Of a DNA stretch of 64,000 bases, positions 17,128 through 25,898 are shown one piece after another. Location of the stretch: contig JAQBYN010000017.1 of NCBI GenBank assembly GCA_027622715.1, positions 577 through 64,576 on the forward strand, read 5' to 3'. Each line of letters begins with the position of its first letter. The first letter of the stretch is position 1. A program made the translations under genes and the position numbers. The notes beneath the pieces were generated by a model. It had not been told where the DNA came from and did not search any database. It saw only the letters and a list, made by a program, of their open reading frames with translations. Source of the stretch: Pseudomonadota bacterium (lineage in GTDB: Bacteria; Pseudomonadota; Alphaproteobacteria; SHVP01).

Positions 17128-17979
17128 TTAGTTCTCGTCGACGATGGGGTTACGCAACACCCCGATGCCGGAAATGTCGATCTCGATGACGTCGCCCGCC
17201 TTCATCCACACCGGCGGGGTTCGGCCTGCGCCGACGCCGCCCGTCGTTCCAGTCGCAACCACGGTACCGGGCACCAGTGGGGCGATCTTCGACAGGTACT
17301 CAATGAGGGCGGGAATATCGAACAGCAGGTCGTCCGTCGTGGCTTCCTGCATGACCGTGCCATTGAGCCGTGTGGTAAGCGACAGCGCGGCGGGGTCAGG
17401 CACCTCGTCGCTGGTCACCATCCAGGGGCCCATGGCGCCGGAATGCCAGAAGGTTTTGCCCGGCATGAACTGTGTTGTGTGGCGCTGATAGTCCCGTATC
17501 GAACCGTCGTTGAAACAAGCATAGCCGGCGATATAGTCGAGCGCGTTCTTTGCCGCGATGTGACGCCCGGCGCGGCCGATGACGAAGGCAAGTTCGCCCT
17601 CGAAATCGAAGTGCTCGGACACCTTGGGGCGCACCATCGGTTGCCCGTGCCCGACTTGGGAATCAGCATAGCGCGCAAACAACATCGGGTGGGCCGGTGC
17701 TTCGCGGCCCATTTCCTCGATATGCGATTTGTAATTCAGGCCGACGCAAATGACCTTGGGCGGGACCACAATGGTCGGCAGGAATTCGATCTCGGCGATA
17801 CTCACTTCGGCCGCCTTGTTCGCGCCCGCGCGCACCACCTCGTCAAGGCCGCCATCGGCGATCGCCGCCGCCAGGCTCGGCCACCGGTCGGAAAACGTCC
17901 GGCCCACGTCAGCAACCCCGTCCTCAATCGCCACACCGTAGGTGTCGTGACCGTTGTGCCGATAGCTCAAGAGTTTCAT
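17128..17979 (-). CDS. Fumarylacetoacetate hydrolase family protein
   Basis: Motifs KVICVGLNY..H..E, DFEGEL, FNDGS.RD.Q, GKTF...G.MGPW and TGTTGGVG. Start re-assigned to ATG 17979. Confidence 0.95.
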   Translation of the reverse strand: MKLLSYRHNGHDTYGVAIEDGVADVGRTFSDRWPSLAAAIADGGLDEVVRAGANKAAEVSIAEIEFLPTIVVPPKVICVGLNYKSHIEEMGREAPAHPMLFARYADSQVGHGQPMVRPKVSEHFDFEGELAFVIGRAGRHIAAKNALDYIAGYACFNDGSIRDYQRHTTQFMPGKTFWHSGAMGPWMVTSDEVPDPAALSLTTRLNGTVMQEATTDDLLFDIPALIEYLSKIAPLVPGTVVATGTTGGVGAGRTPPVWMKAGDVIEIDISGIGVLRNPIVDEN

Positions 17980-18061
17980 GCCGCGTCCTCGCCGTTGTTT
18001 GCACGCCGGGTATAGCATTCCGGCGCTTGGGTGCAACGCCGAAGAAGCAAGCGACCTTGCA

Positions 18062-18099
18062 CACCGTCAATCGCAACACGTCAGTGTCGATTGACGGTG
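18062..18099. promoter_or_regulatory. Perfect 12-bp inverted repeat in a divergent promoter region
   Basis: CACCGTCAATCG (18062-73) and CGATTGACGGTG (18088-99), with an inner ACAC/GTGT. Confidence 0.5.
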
Positions 18100-18201
18100 C
18101 GATATTGCGCGGCAAACAGCGGGTGGCAGAAGCGCAACGTTTTTTGTCTGGCACTAACCACCCGCAAAATGGTGGAATTGGCTTTTGCGTAGTAGGAAGC
18201 C

Positions 18202-19548
18202 ATGGCTGAACAACGCGACATCGCCGCTGGTCGGCTTGACCAAGCGGCCTACCTGGCCGGATTTAGCATCGACGCCAAGGTGCCGCTCGACCAAGGGCGC
18301 GCGCTGATCGAGGCCAGCCGCTGTTACTTCTGTTATGACGCGCCGTGCGTTGAAGCCTGCCCCACCGGGATCGACATCCCGTCTTTCATCCGCAAGATAT
18401 CAACGCGCAATACGCGGGGCGCCGCGCTCGACATTCTCGAACCCAACATATTTGGCGGCGCCTGCGCGCGGGTCTGTCCAGTCGAGGAATTGTGCGAAGA
18501 AGCCTGCGTACGCGACGCGCAAGAAACCAAGCCGGTTTCCATCGGGCTTCTACAGCGATTTGCCACGGACCGTTTCTTTGAAACCGGGGAGCAACCCTTC
18601 GCGCGTGCGCCGGCCACGGGCAAGAAGATTGCTGTTGTCGGCGCCGGCCCGGCGGGCCTGGCGGGTGCCCACCGACTGGCGCGTCTTGGCCATGCCGTGA
18701 CGGTCTACGACGCCCGCGAGAAGGCCGGTGGGCTGAACGAGTATGGGATCGCTGCGTACAAGGTGGTCGACGGTTTTGCCCAGAAAGAAGTCGACTTCAT
18801 TCTTGGCGTTGGTGGTATCACCGTGGAAACCGGCAAAGCGCTCGGCAAAGATTTGACGCTTGACGCGTTGCGGCGGGATTTTGACGCTGTGTTCTTGGCG
18901 GTCGGCCAAGCCGGGGTCCGCGCTGTTGGTGTCTCTGGTGAAGATATCATCGGAGTCGAGCCGGCAGTGGATTTCATTGCCCGGCTGCGCCAGGCCGCCG
19001 ATCTCGCGGCCCTCCCCGTGGGACGCAGGGTGGTGGTGATCGGCGGCGGCAACACCGCCATCGATGCGGCAATCCAAAGTCGACGCCTCGGAGCCGGAGA
19101 TGTGACGATGGTGTACCGCCGCGGTCCCGACGACATGGGCGCCACAGATCACGAACAGGAATTCGCCAAGACCGACGGGGTGAAGATCAAATACTGGGCC
19201 AAGCCCGTACGGTTCATGGGCACGGACGGTGCGCTGACCGGAGTCGAATTCGAGTCTACGCGAATAACCGGCGGCAAGATTGAAGGCACCGGCGACACGT
19301 TTGTGGTGCCCGCCGACATGGTACTGACCGCCGTGGGCCAGATGCTCGTCGACGATCCAATAACCAAGAATGCCAAGGAGCCGCTGAGCGTTGTCGGCGG
19401 GCGCATCGTTACCGACGGGCATGGTCGGACCTCACTCAAAGGTGTCTACGCGGGCGGCGATTGCGTTGAAGGCAAAGACCTCACAGTGCAAGCTGTCGAG
19501 GACGGGAAGAACGCGGCGCTCGCCATCGACGGCGATCTGCGCGGTTGA
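18202..19548 (+). CDS. preT: Dihydropyrimidine dehydrogenase subunit PreT (GltD-like Fe-S flavoprotein)
   Basis: Motifs EA.RCYFCYDAPC..ACPT, CARVCP.E.LCE.AC, GAGPAG and GGGNTAID. Adjacent to preA. Confidence 0.92.
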   Translation: MAEQRDIAAGRLDQAAYLAGFSIDAKVPLDQGRALIEASRCYFCYDAPCVEACPTGIDIPSFIRKISTRNTRGAALDILEPNIFGGACARVCPVEELCEEACVRDAQETKPVSIGLLQRFATDRFFETGEQPFARAPATGKKIAVVGAGPAGLAGAHRLARLGHAVTVYDAREKAGGLNEYGIAAYKVVDGFAQKEVDFILGVGGITVETGKALGKDLTLDALRRDFDAVFLAVGQAGVRAVGVSGEDIIGVEPAVDFIARLRQAADLAALPVGRRVVVIGGGNTAIDAAIQSRRLGAGDVTMVYRRGPDDMGATDHEQEFAKTDGVKIKYWAKPVRFMGTDGALTGVEFESTRITGGKIEGTGDTFVVPADMVLTAVGQMLVDDPITKNAKEPLSVVGGRIVTDGHGRTSLKGVYAGGDCVEGKDLTVQAVEDGKNAALAIDGDLRG

Positions 19549-19566
19549 GCGACGAAGGGAAATATC

Positions 19567-20832
19567 ATGGCTGATTTGCGCAACAACTTCGCTGGGATCA
19601 GATCTCCCAACCCGTTCTGGTTGGCGTCCGGACCGCCGACCGACAAAGCCTATAACGTCGAACGCGCATTCGAGGCTGGTTGGGGCGGCGTCATCTGGAA
19701 AACGGTGGGCGAGCCAGTGGTCAATGTCTCGTCCCGCTACGGCGCCAACGCCTACAACGGCACCCGCGTCGCCGGCTTTACCAACATCGAGCTCATCAGC
19801 GACCGCTCCGTCGAAATCAACCTGCGGGAAATCAAAGAAGTGAAGAAACGGTGGCCCGACCGCGCCGTTGTCGTCTCGCTGATGGTGCCGTGCGAAGAAC
19901 CGATTTGGGAAAGCATTTTGCACCAAGTAAACGAGACCGGTTGTGACGGTGTCGAGCTGAACTTCGGCTGCCCGCACGGCATGTCGGAACGCGGCATGGG
20001 CGCGGCCGTCGGCCAAGTGCCGGAATACGTCGCCATGGTGACGCGTTGGGCCAAGCAGCATTCGCGGGTGCCTGTCATCGTCAAGCTGACCCCTAATGTG
20101 AACGATGTCTTGTTTCCTGCCCAAGCCGCCGTCGACGGTAACGCCGACGCTGTGTCGTTGATCAATACGGTGGCTTCGGTCATCGGGGTCGACCTCGACA
20201 CCATGTCGCCGCTGCCGGAAGTCAACGGCAAAGGCAGCCACGGCGGCTATTGCGGCCCGGCGGTCAAACCGATTGCGCTGCGCATGATCGGCGACATTGC
20301 CCGCGAGTTCGGCCCCGATCTGCGGATCTCCGGCATTGGCGGCATTTCAACGTGGCACGACGCCGCCGAGCATATCGCGATGGGCGCCGCCAACGTTCAA
20401 GTGTGCACGGCGGCGATGCACCAGGGCTTTAAAATCGTCGAGGACATGATCGACGGCCTATCGAACTGGATGGACTCCAAGGGCTACCGCACACTCGACG
20501 ATTTCCGCGGCCACGCCATTCCCAACTATGTCCGGTGGGAAAACCTTGACATGAACTACGAGATCGTTGCCCGCATCGATCAGGATGCCTGCATCAAATG
20601 CGGCCTATGCCACATCGCCTGCGAGGACACCGCACACCAGGCCATCACCGCGCGCACCAACGGCACCCGGCGTTACGAGGTGATCGACAAAGAATGCGTC
20701 GGTTGCAACCTGTGCATGCTGGTTTGCCCGGTCGAGAACTGCATCACGATGGAGCGCGTCGACAACGGCAAGCCCTACACCCAGTGGTCCGAAGACCCGC
20801 GCAACCCGGCGAATAGGGTTGCCGCAGAATAG
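19567..20832 (+). CDS. preA: NAD-dependent dihydropyrimidine dehydrogenase subunit PreA
   Basis: Motifs SPNPFWLAS.PPTD, NIELISDR, ELNFGCPHGMSERGMG and HGGYCGPAVKPIAL; two C-terminal 4Fe-4S motifs. Confidence 0.96.
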   Translation: MADLRNNFAGIRSPNPFWLASGPPTDKAYNVERAFEAGWGGVIWKTVGEPVVNVSSRYGANAYNGTRVAGFTNIELISDRSVEINLREIKEVKKRWPDRAVVVSLMVPCEEPIWESILHQVNETGCDGVELNFGCPHGMSERGMGAAVGQVPEYVAMVTRWAKQHSRVPVIVKLTPNVNDVLFPAQAAVDGNADAVSLINTVASVIGVDLDTMSPLPEVNGKGSHGGYCGPAVKPIALRMIGDIAREFGPDLRISGIGGISTWHDAAEHIAMGAANVQVCTAAMHQGFKIVEDMIDGLSNWMDSKGYRTLDDFRGHAIPNYVRWENLDMNYEIVARIDQDACIKCGLCHIACEDTAHQAITARTNGTRRYEVIDKECVGCNLCMLVCPVENCITMERVDNGKPYTQWSEDPRNPANRVAAE

Positions 20833-20839
20833 ATAGCGC

Positions 20840-21034
20840 TTAAGCCGCGCGGCGTACTTCTTGGCCGTTGTGGGTGTCGAGACCAAGCTCGAGAATGGCC
20901 AGGATCATCGCCGGTAAACGGACGCCCTCGCGGAAGGCCGTGGCCTCGAGCCGGGCCACCGTCGATTCGGGCAGCTGAACGCTCAGGTGGACGCGGTCGT
21001 CAAAATTTTTGGGTGGGCGCATTGTCTCCATCAT
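20840..21034 (-). CDS. Small putative ribbon-helix-helix (CopG/Arc-like) DNA-binding protein
   Basis: An alternating beta-strand (RVHLSVQLP) is followed by helix ESTVARLEATAFREG and helix LPAMILAILELGL. Fills the intergenic gap cleanly. Confidence 0.55.
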   Translation of the reverse strand: MMETMRPPKNFDDRVHLSVQLPESTVARLEATAFREGVRLPAMILAILELGLDTHNGQEVRRAA

Positions 21035-21171
21035 CCGTTAGCGCGGCGTCCCCTGTCGGGGCGTCGGCCGCTCATGTTTCCGGTCACATGTTATGGAGCA
21101 GGAACATGACGGTTGCGTTACAGCGCGCACGACTTTTGCGCCGATAAGTAGGAAACGTCGGCGTCGCCGAA

Positions 21172-22497
21172 CTACTCGGCCGCGAGGCGCCGTGGCTCGC
21201 CCAGTGCGACAATACTCGGTATCTCGAAATAGAACGTTGTGTCGCCGCCTGGCGTCGACTCGAAGCCAATGCGCCCCTCATGCCGCTCGACAATGAGCTT
21301 ACAAATATGGAGTCCGAGCCCGGTGCCGCCGAATTTACGGGCGGTCGACCCATCCGCCTGGGTGAACTTTCCAAAAATGTGCGGCTTGAACGCTTCGGGA
21401 ACGCCGGGACCGCGGTCGGTCACCGAAAACCGTACCGCCTCGTCGCGCTGAGCGACGCGCAAGATCACGTCCCCGCCGCGCGGCGAAAACTTTACGGCGT
21501 TGGCGATGAGGTTACCGAGTACTTGAAGCAGCTGGTCACGGTCCCCGGTCGCGGTGATATCAAGATCGGCGTCTGCCAGCGACAGACTGACACCTTCGCT
21601 ATGGGCAAGGCCGGTTGCCTGATCCACCGAAAGCCGCACAAGCGACGTCGCGTTGATCGCCTCTGGGCGAAGCGAAATACGCCCGGCTTCGATGCGCTCG
21701 ATATCCAAGATGTCGTTGATCAATCGGATCAACCGATCACTGTTGTCCGAGGCAATGGCCACGATCTCTCGTGCCCGATCCGATATGTGTCCGACCATGC
21801 CGGAATCAAGCAACCCCAAAGCGCCCTTGATCGATGTCAGCGGCGTACGCAATTCGTGGCTGACGGTAGAGACAAACTCATTCTTCATGCGGTCGATCTG
21901 ACGACGCTCGCTAACATCAAGAACGGTCAATTGCACGGCGTCTTCGCCGTCCCATTTCACGGGTTGAACGTAGCTCTCGACCCAGATTTCGGTCCCATCT
22001 TTGCGCAGCGCAGAGTGAGTGGCGTCACGCGCCCGGCCCGTTTGACGGATTTCCCGAGACCGCTCGAGTGCAGCCGACCGGCTCGCCTGCGGTAGCAATG
22101 GCAGCATCGATCCAAATGCCAGAGCGTCCGCCACGGAGTCAAAACCGAATATTTCGGCGAATGCCCGATTACAATAGAGCGCGTTGAAATTTCGCTGAAT
22201 GCAAAGTCCTTGGACCGACCCCTCGGCAAGGTCCCTAAACTTTGCCTCGTTCTCGATCGCCCGCGCCTCCGCGCGCCGCGCTCGGTCGAGCGCGACGAAT
22301 ACAACGTACGAAACCGGCAACGCGACGACGAACGGGACAATAAAGAGGAACGCGCCATAGGCCGGACGCGCCGAATACCCGGGCAGATTGAAGACCCAAA
22401 ATACGAGTGAGGCGATGATATTGGTGGCAAGCGTTATTGCCGCGCTGTTCAGTAGCGCACTCGGCCAGACACCGAGGCGTTCAGCCGCACGGAACAC
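21172..22497 (-). CDS. Membrane PAS-domain sensor histidine kinase (no cognate regulator in window)
   Basis: Two TM segments, a PAS/PAC domain (RKDGTEIWV, DVSER), H-box VSHELRTPL, N-box NAVKFS, D.GPG and GGTGLGL. Start uncertain. Confidence 0.93.
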   Translation of the reverse strand: MFRAAERLGVWPSALLNSAAITLATNIIASLVFWVFNLPGYSARPAYGAFLFIVPFVVALPVSYVVFVALDRARRAEARAIENEAKFRDLAEGSVQGLCIQRNFNALYCNRAFAEIFGFDSVADALAFGSMLPLLPQASRSAALERSREIRQTGRARDATHSALRKDGTEIWVESYVQPVKWDGEDAVQLTVLDVSERRQIDRMKNEFVSTVSHELRTPLTSIKGALGLLDSGMVGHISDRAREIVAIASDNSDRLIRLINDILDIERIEAGRISLRPEAINATSLVRLSVDQATGLAHSEGVSLSLADADLDITATGDRDQLLQVLGNLIANAVKFSPRGGDVILRVAQRDEAVRFSVTDRGPGVPEAFKPHIFGKFTQADGSTARKFGGTGLGLHICKLIVERHEGRIGFESTPGGDTTFYFEIPSIVALGEPRRLAAE

Positions 22498-22604
22498 CCA
22501 TTCCGTGATCCCGCGGCGTCCACTATCTACTGAAGTCGACAGTTCATCCCCCTACCCCTCGGTCAACGCCCGCGGCAGGATACCGTCATATAAGCGCCGG
22601 GAGG

Positions 22605-22773
22605 TAAAGGGCGGCCCCCCTCAGGGCCAGCGGGGGGCCGCCTTACAAAACTGTACCAAGCTCGTCCTACTCAATAGCCGCACTATCCCACGCGCCCACC
22701 CCGCCGACTGTGATGGGCGTCACGGGAGAGGCGTTATTGGAGGATAAAGCCCCAGCAGATCTGCTGGGTTCGC
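22605..22773 (-). ncRNA. Candidate structured small RNA (hairpin + ~90-nt imperfect rod + terminator-like hairpin)
   Basis: 18-bp palindrome at 22751-68; long self-complementary segment 22660-22750 with G-U pairs on the minus strand only; 11-bp GC stem at 22610-22642. A -10-like TATAAC lies at 22786-81. Confidence 0.45.
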
Positions 22774-22797
22774 GCATCCGGTTATAGGTTCCACGGG

Positions 22798-23784
22798 TTA
22801 TGGGCGGTCCGCGTGCGTGACCCTTCTTTCGGCCTCGCCGGTGGCTAAAAAGCGGCAAACGTTGGCCACTGCGTGGCGCGCCGCATTCAGGAAATACCGT
22901 TGGGTTATGCCCGAGTTGTGCGGCGAGCCAAGGACGTTCGGCAGATCCATGAACGGGAAGTTGGCCGAGAACTTCCCTTCCGCGAACGGCTCGCCCCACC
23001 AGGTATCGAGACACGCCGAAAACCGCGGCGTCGTTTTTAGGTGAGCGAAGAGCGCTGCCTCGTCGATCACCGCGCCACGGGCCACATTGACCAGCGTCGC
23101 ATCGTTTTTCATCAGCGCCAATGCAGCTGCATCGATCATGCCCTTGGTTTGGGCGTTAAGGCCCAGCGACAAGACAACCACGTCAGCGCGCGGCAGGATC
23201 TCGCCAAGCGCCGACAGCGTCCCGACGAAATCAACCGCCTCGTCGGTGCGCCCACTACGATTGATGGCCTCAATGCGCACGTCAAAGCCGCGCAACAAAC
23301 GCGCAGTTGCCTTTCCGATTCCGCCAAAACCGATAATTGCGCAGGTGTCGCCCCGGAGTTCGCGGGTCCGTTCCGCTTGCATCATCCACTCGCCGCGCCC
23401 CAAGGCGAGATGGCGCCGCACAAGATCTTTCTTGACCGCCAGGATCATCCCCACCACATGCTCGGCCATCTGCGGTGCAAACGCGCCGCCGTTATGCGCG
23501 ATCATCGCGTCGCCCGGCAGCTGATCGAACGGGAGCTGATCGACCCCGGCAATCATGGTCTGAACCATTTTGCCGGCAAATAGCACAGGATCTATTTTCG
23601 CCAAGTCCGCCTTGGTTCCGCTAACGATGATGACGCGCGCCGCCTTCATCGCATTGCGGCGCGCGGTTTCGTCTGACGCGCCGACGAAAACCAAATCCGC
23701 CTGCCCTGCCAGCGCATCGACGAATACCTGTTTGACCCCCTCGTCCGTTGGCTCGAAGGCAACAACAACAACCGGTAGCGACAT
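22798..23784 (-). CDS. D-isomer-specific 2-hydroxyacid dehydrogenase
   Basis: Motifs AGVD, MAEH, IIGFGGIGK, NVARG, LD.WW.EP and SPHNSG. Confidence 0.93.
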   Translation of the reverse strand: MSLPVVVVAFEPTDEGVKQVFVDALAGQADLVFVGASDETARRNAMKAARVIIVSGTKADLAKIDPVLFAGKMVQTMIAGVDQLPFDQLPGDAMIAHNGGAFAPQMAEHVVGMILAVKKDLVRRHLALGRGEWMMQAERTRELRGDTCAIIGFGGIGKATARLLRGFDVRIEAINRSGRTDEAVDFVGTLSALGEILPRADVVVLSLGLNAQTKGMIDAAALALMKNDATLVNVARGAVIDEAALFAHLKTTPRFSACLDTWWGEPFAEGKFSANFPFMDLPNVLGSPHNSGITQRYFLNAARHAVANVCRFLATGEAERRVTHADRP

Positions 23785-23843
23785 GATGGAATCCTTTGAG
23801 GACCAAGACGTGATGCGGGAGGAATTGAATAGAACTTGGCGCC

Positions 23844-24499
23844 TTAAGCTGGCGCCGGGTTCAACGTCGGTGTCGCTGAAAAGTTGATGGCAATTGAAAT
23901 ACGAATGTCGTTGCCAAGGTAGGGACTAACGCCGTGGCTGAGAAACGACGGGAAGATCACCATCATACCCGCCCTTGGCGCGATGGCCTCGGAGGCGCCA
24001 ACTGAAAGCCCGCCGGGAAAACTGAAGGCAAGCAGGGGTGCATGCATCGCGGGTCCCACGCCGCGCGGATCGGCGAATTCGAGCTGGCCACCCAGCGCGG
24101 GGTCCGCGCCAACGCCGCCATCGGCAACGTAATACACCGCGGACCAAAAGCAGCCGGCATGGGTGTGATACTCGTTGCCTTGATTTTGCCGGTTCACATT
24201 CGCCCAAGCGTTGATGTGCCAGTCGACTTTGACCGGCTTGCCCTGCCGAGCCGGTCGACCAAGGCCCGGCCATGTACCAAAAGAGTCTGGGCGGCAGCGC
24301 CGCCCCAGCTCAAAAAGTCGGTGTCCGACTGCCAGCCACCCAAATTGCTGTGTTGCGTGGACGGATGGGCCTTTTCGCGGTCGAGAATTGCTTTTTCGAG
24401 TGCCAAGTTGAGCGAAGCGCAGTCGGGCAAAACCGTTGCCAAGACTGGTGTCTGGAACAGCCCGTTGACCTGAACTTCTTGCTTTGGTGGCGTTGTCAT
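23844..24499 (-). pseudogene. Frameshifted putative 2OG-Fe(II) oxygenase (TIGR02466-like)
   Basis: The N-half (LFQTP, SNLGGWQS) and C-half (W.INAWANVN, HTH..CFWSAVYYV, FPSFL.H.V.PY, RISIAIN) lie in different frames, joined near 24248. Confidence 0.8.
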
Positions 24500-24558
24500 C
24501 GCGCGAGTTTATTCGGGAACGAAGTCGCGCAATAGGCAGGCAGGGCGATTTTCGCGAT

Positions 24559-25800
24559 TTAGAGCGATGGTTCTTGCGGCGTGGCGCGTGGGTCCATTTC
24601 GCCTGAAATCGGCATCGGACGTAACATCGTGACGAAACCTTCGCGGTTCGCTTCGTGGACCGGCCCGCGCTGGCTCATTCGATAGAGTGCAAACCCGGCG
24701 AGCGCCAAGTGTGCGCCCGCCGTCCACAAGAAAAGCGACCGCGGCCCGATCGCAGACATCAGTGTTGCCGCCAGGACCGGACCACCCACGGCGCCCGCAC
24801 CGTAATAAAGCAGCAGGCCGCTGCTTGCGGCGACGAAATCCTTGCTCTCGATATGATCGTTGGTGTGCGCAACGCAGAGCGAGTAGACCGACAAGACGAA
24901 CATGCCGGTCAAGCCGCCGAGCACCATGACAACCCAAATACCGGCGCCGGGCCAAAACGCCAGCAGCAATCCGCCAAACGCACCGACCAGACAGGCCAGG
25001 ACAATGGCCTTGCGCCGGTCCCAACGGTCTGAGAGGCGGCCCAACGGCCACTGACCCAGCGCCCCACCCAGCACAAATACACTGACAAAGATGGCCGCGA
25101 GCGCGGTCGATCCAAGTTGCAGCGCGCCGAAGACGGCTCCGAGCGACCAAAAGGAACCGTTGGCCACGCCCACCAGGAAGCAACCGCCCACACCCAGCGG
25201 CGAAACGCGATATAGCGCGATCAGCCCGAGAGGTTCGGTTGGCTCAATGATCGGCGCGGTCGCACGCGACAGGGCCACCGGCACAAGCGAAAGACAAACG
25301 GCGAGGCAGGTGACGAGAAATGGCGTGACCGCACCAACATCCATCACGACCATCAAAAGTTGGCCTGCCATCAAAGCGACGAAGTTCACAACCATGTAGA
25401 TCCCGAACAAACCGCCACGGGTCTCGTTGGCCGCTTGGTGGTTAAGCCAACTTTCGATGACGACATAAAGACCGGCGACCGCGAACCCGGTAACGGCCCG
25501 GACGACGATCCAAACCACAAGGTCAACCGCCAGCGCGTGCGCGATCACCGTCGCCGCGGCGATTGCCGCGAATGACGCGAAGAGCCGTATATGGCCGACG
25601 CGGGCAACGAGGCGCGGTGTCTGCAAACACCCAGCGATGAAACCCGCGAAGTAGCTGCCGCCCATCACCGCGATGCCAAGCGTCGAAAAACCCTCGGCGA
25701 CACCGCGCAGTGGCAGCAAAACGCCGAGAACGCCTGTGCCCAGGACGAGACCGGTCACGCCGAGCAGGAGGGCGGAAACAGGCAGAATGTTTATTGGCAT
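24559..25800 (-). CDS. MFS transporter, YcaD-like
   Basis: About 12 hydrophobic segments; RVGHIR.F, VIESWLN, QWPLGRLSDR.DRR and AHTND. Confidence 0.92.
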   Translation of the reverse strand: MPINILPVSALLLGVTGLVLGTGVLGVLLPLRGVAEGFSTLGIAVMGGSYFAGFIAGCLQTPRLVARVGHIRLFASFAAIAAATVIAHALAVDLVVWIVVRAVTGFAVAGLYVVIESWLNHQAANETRGGLFGIYMVVNFVALMAGQLLMVVMDVGAVTPFLVTCLAVCLSLVPVALSRATAPIIEPTEPLGLIALYRVSPLGVGGCFLVGVANGSFWSLGAVFGALQLGSTALAAIFVSVFVLGGALGQWPLGRLSDRWDRRKAIVLACLVGAFGGLLLAFWPGAGIWVVMVLGGLTGMFVLSVYSLCVAHTNDHIESKDFVAASSGLLLYYGAGAVGGPVLAATLMSAIGPRSLFLWTAGAHLALAGFALYRMSQRGPVHEANREGFVTMLRPMPISGEMDPRATPQEPSL

Positions 25801-25898
25801 TCAAAAACGACGCTTGACTGGACCAGGCGAAACGCCGTCCGACCCCGTGGTTCTAGCAGGAATCCAACACCTGTGCCCGGTTTGGTACCGGACCGGCC

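Noticed and set aside
18149-18190. sigma54 promoter upstream of preT
   Set aside because: TGGCAC has no properly spaced GC, and the alternative GG..GC is spaced by 11 nt rather than 10.
21070-21110. Alphaproteobacterial LexA box
   Set aside because: The GTTC/GAAC-like half-sites are not spaced as GTTC-N7-GTTC.
22605-22773. 6S RNA, SRP RNA or a known riboswitch
   Set aside because: No SRP GGAA loop motif, no recognisable TPP, cobalamin, glycine or SAM core, and no zapA/ygfA context. Kept only as an unknown candidate RNA.
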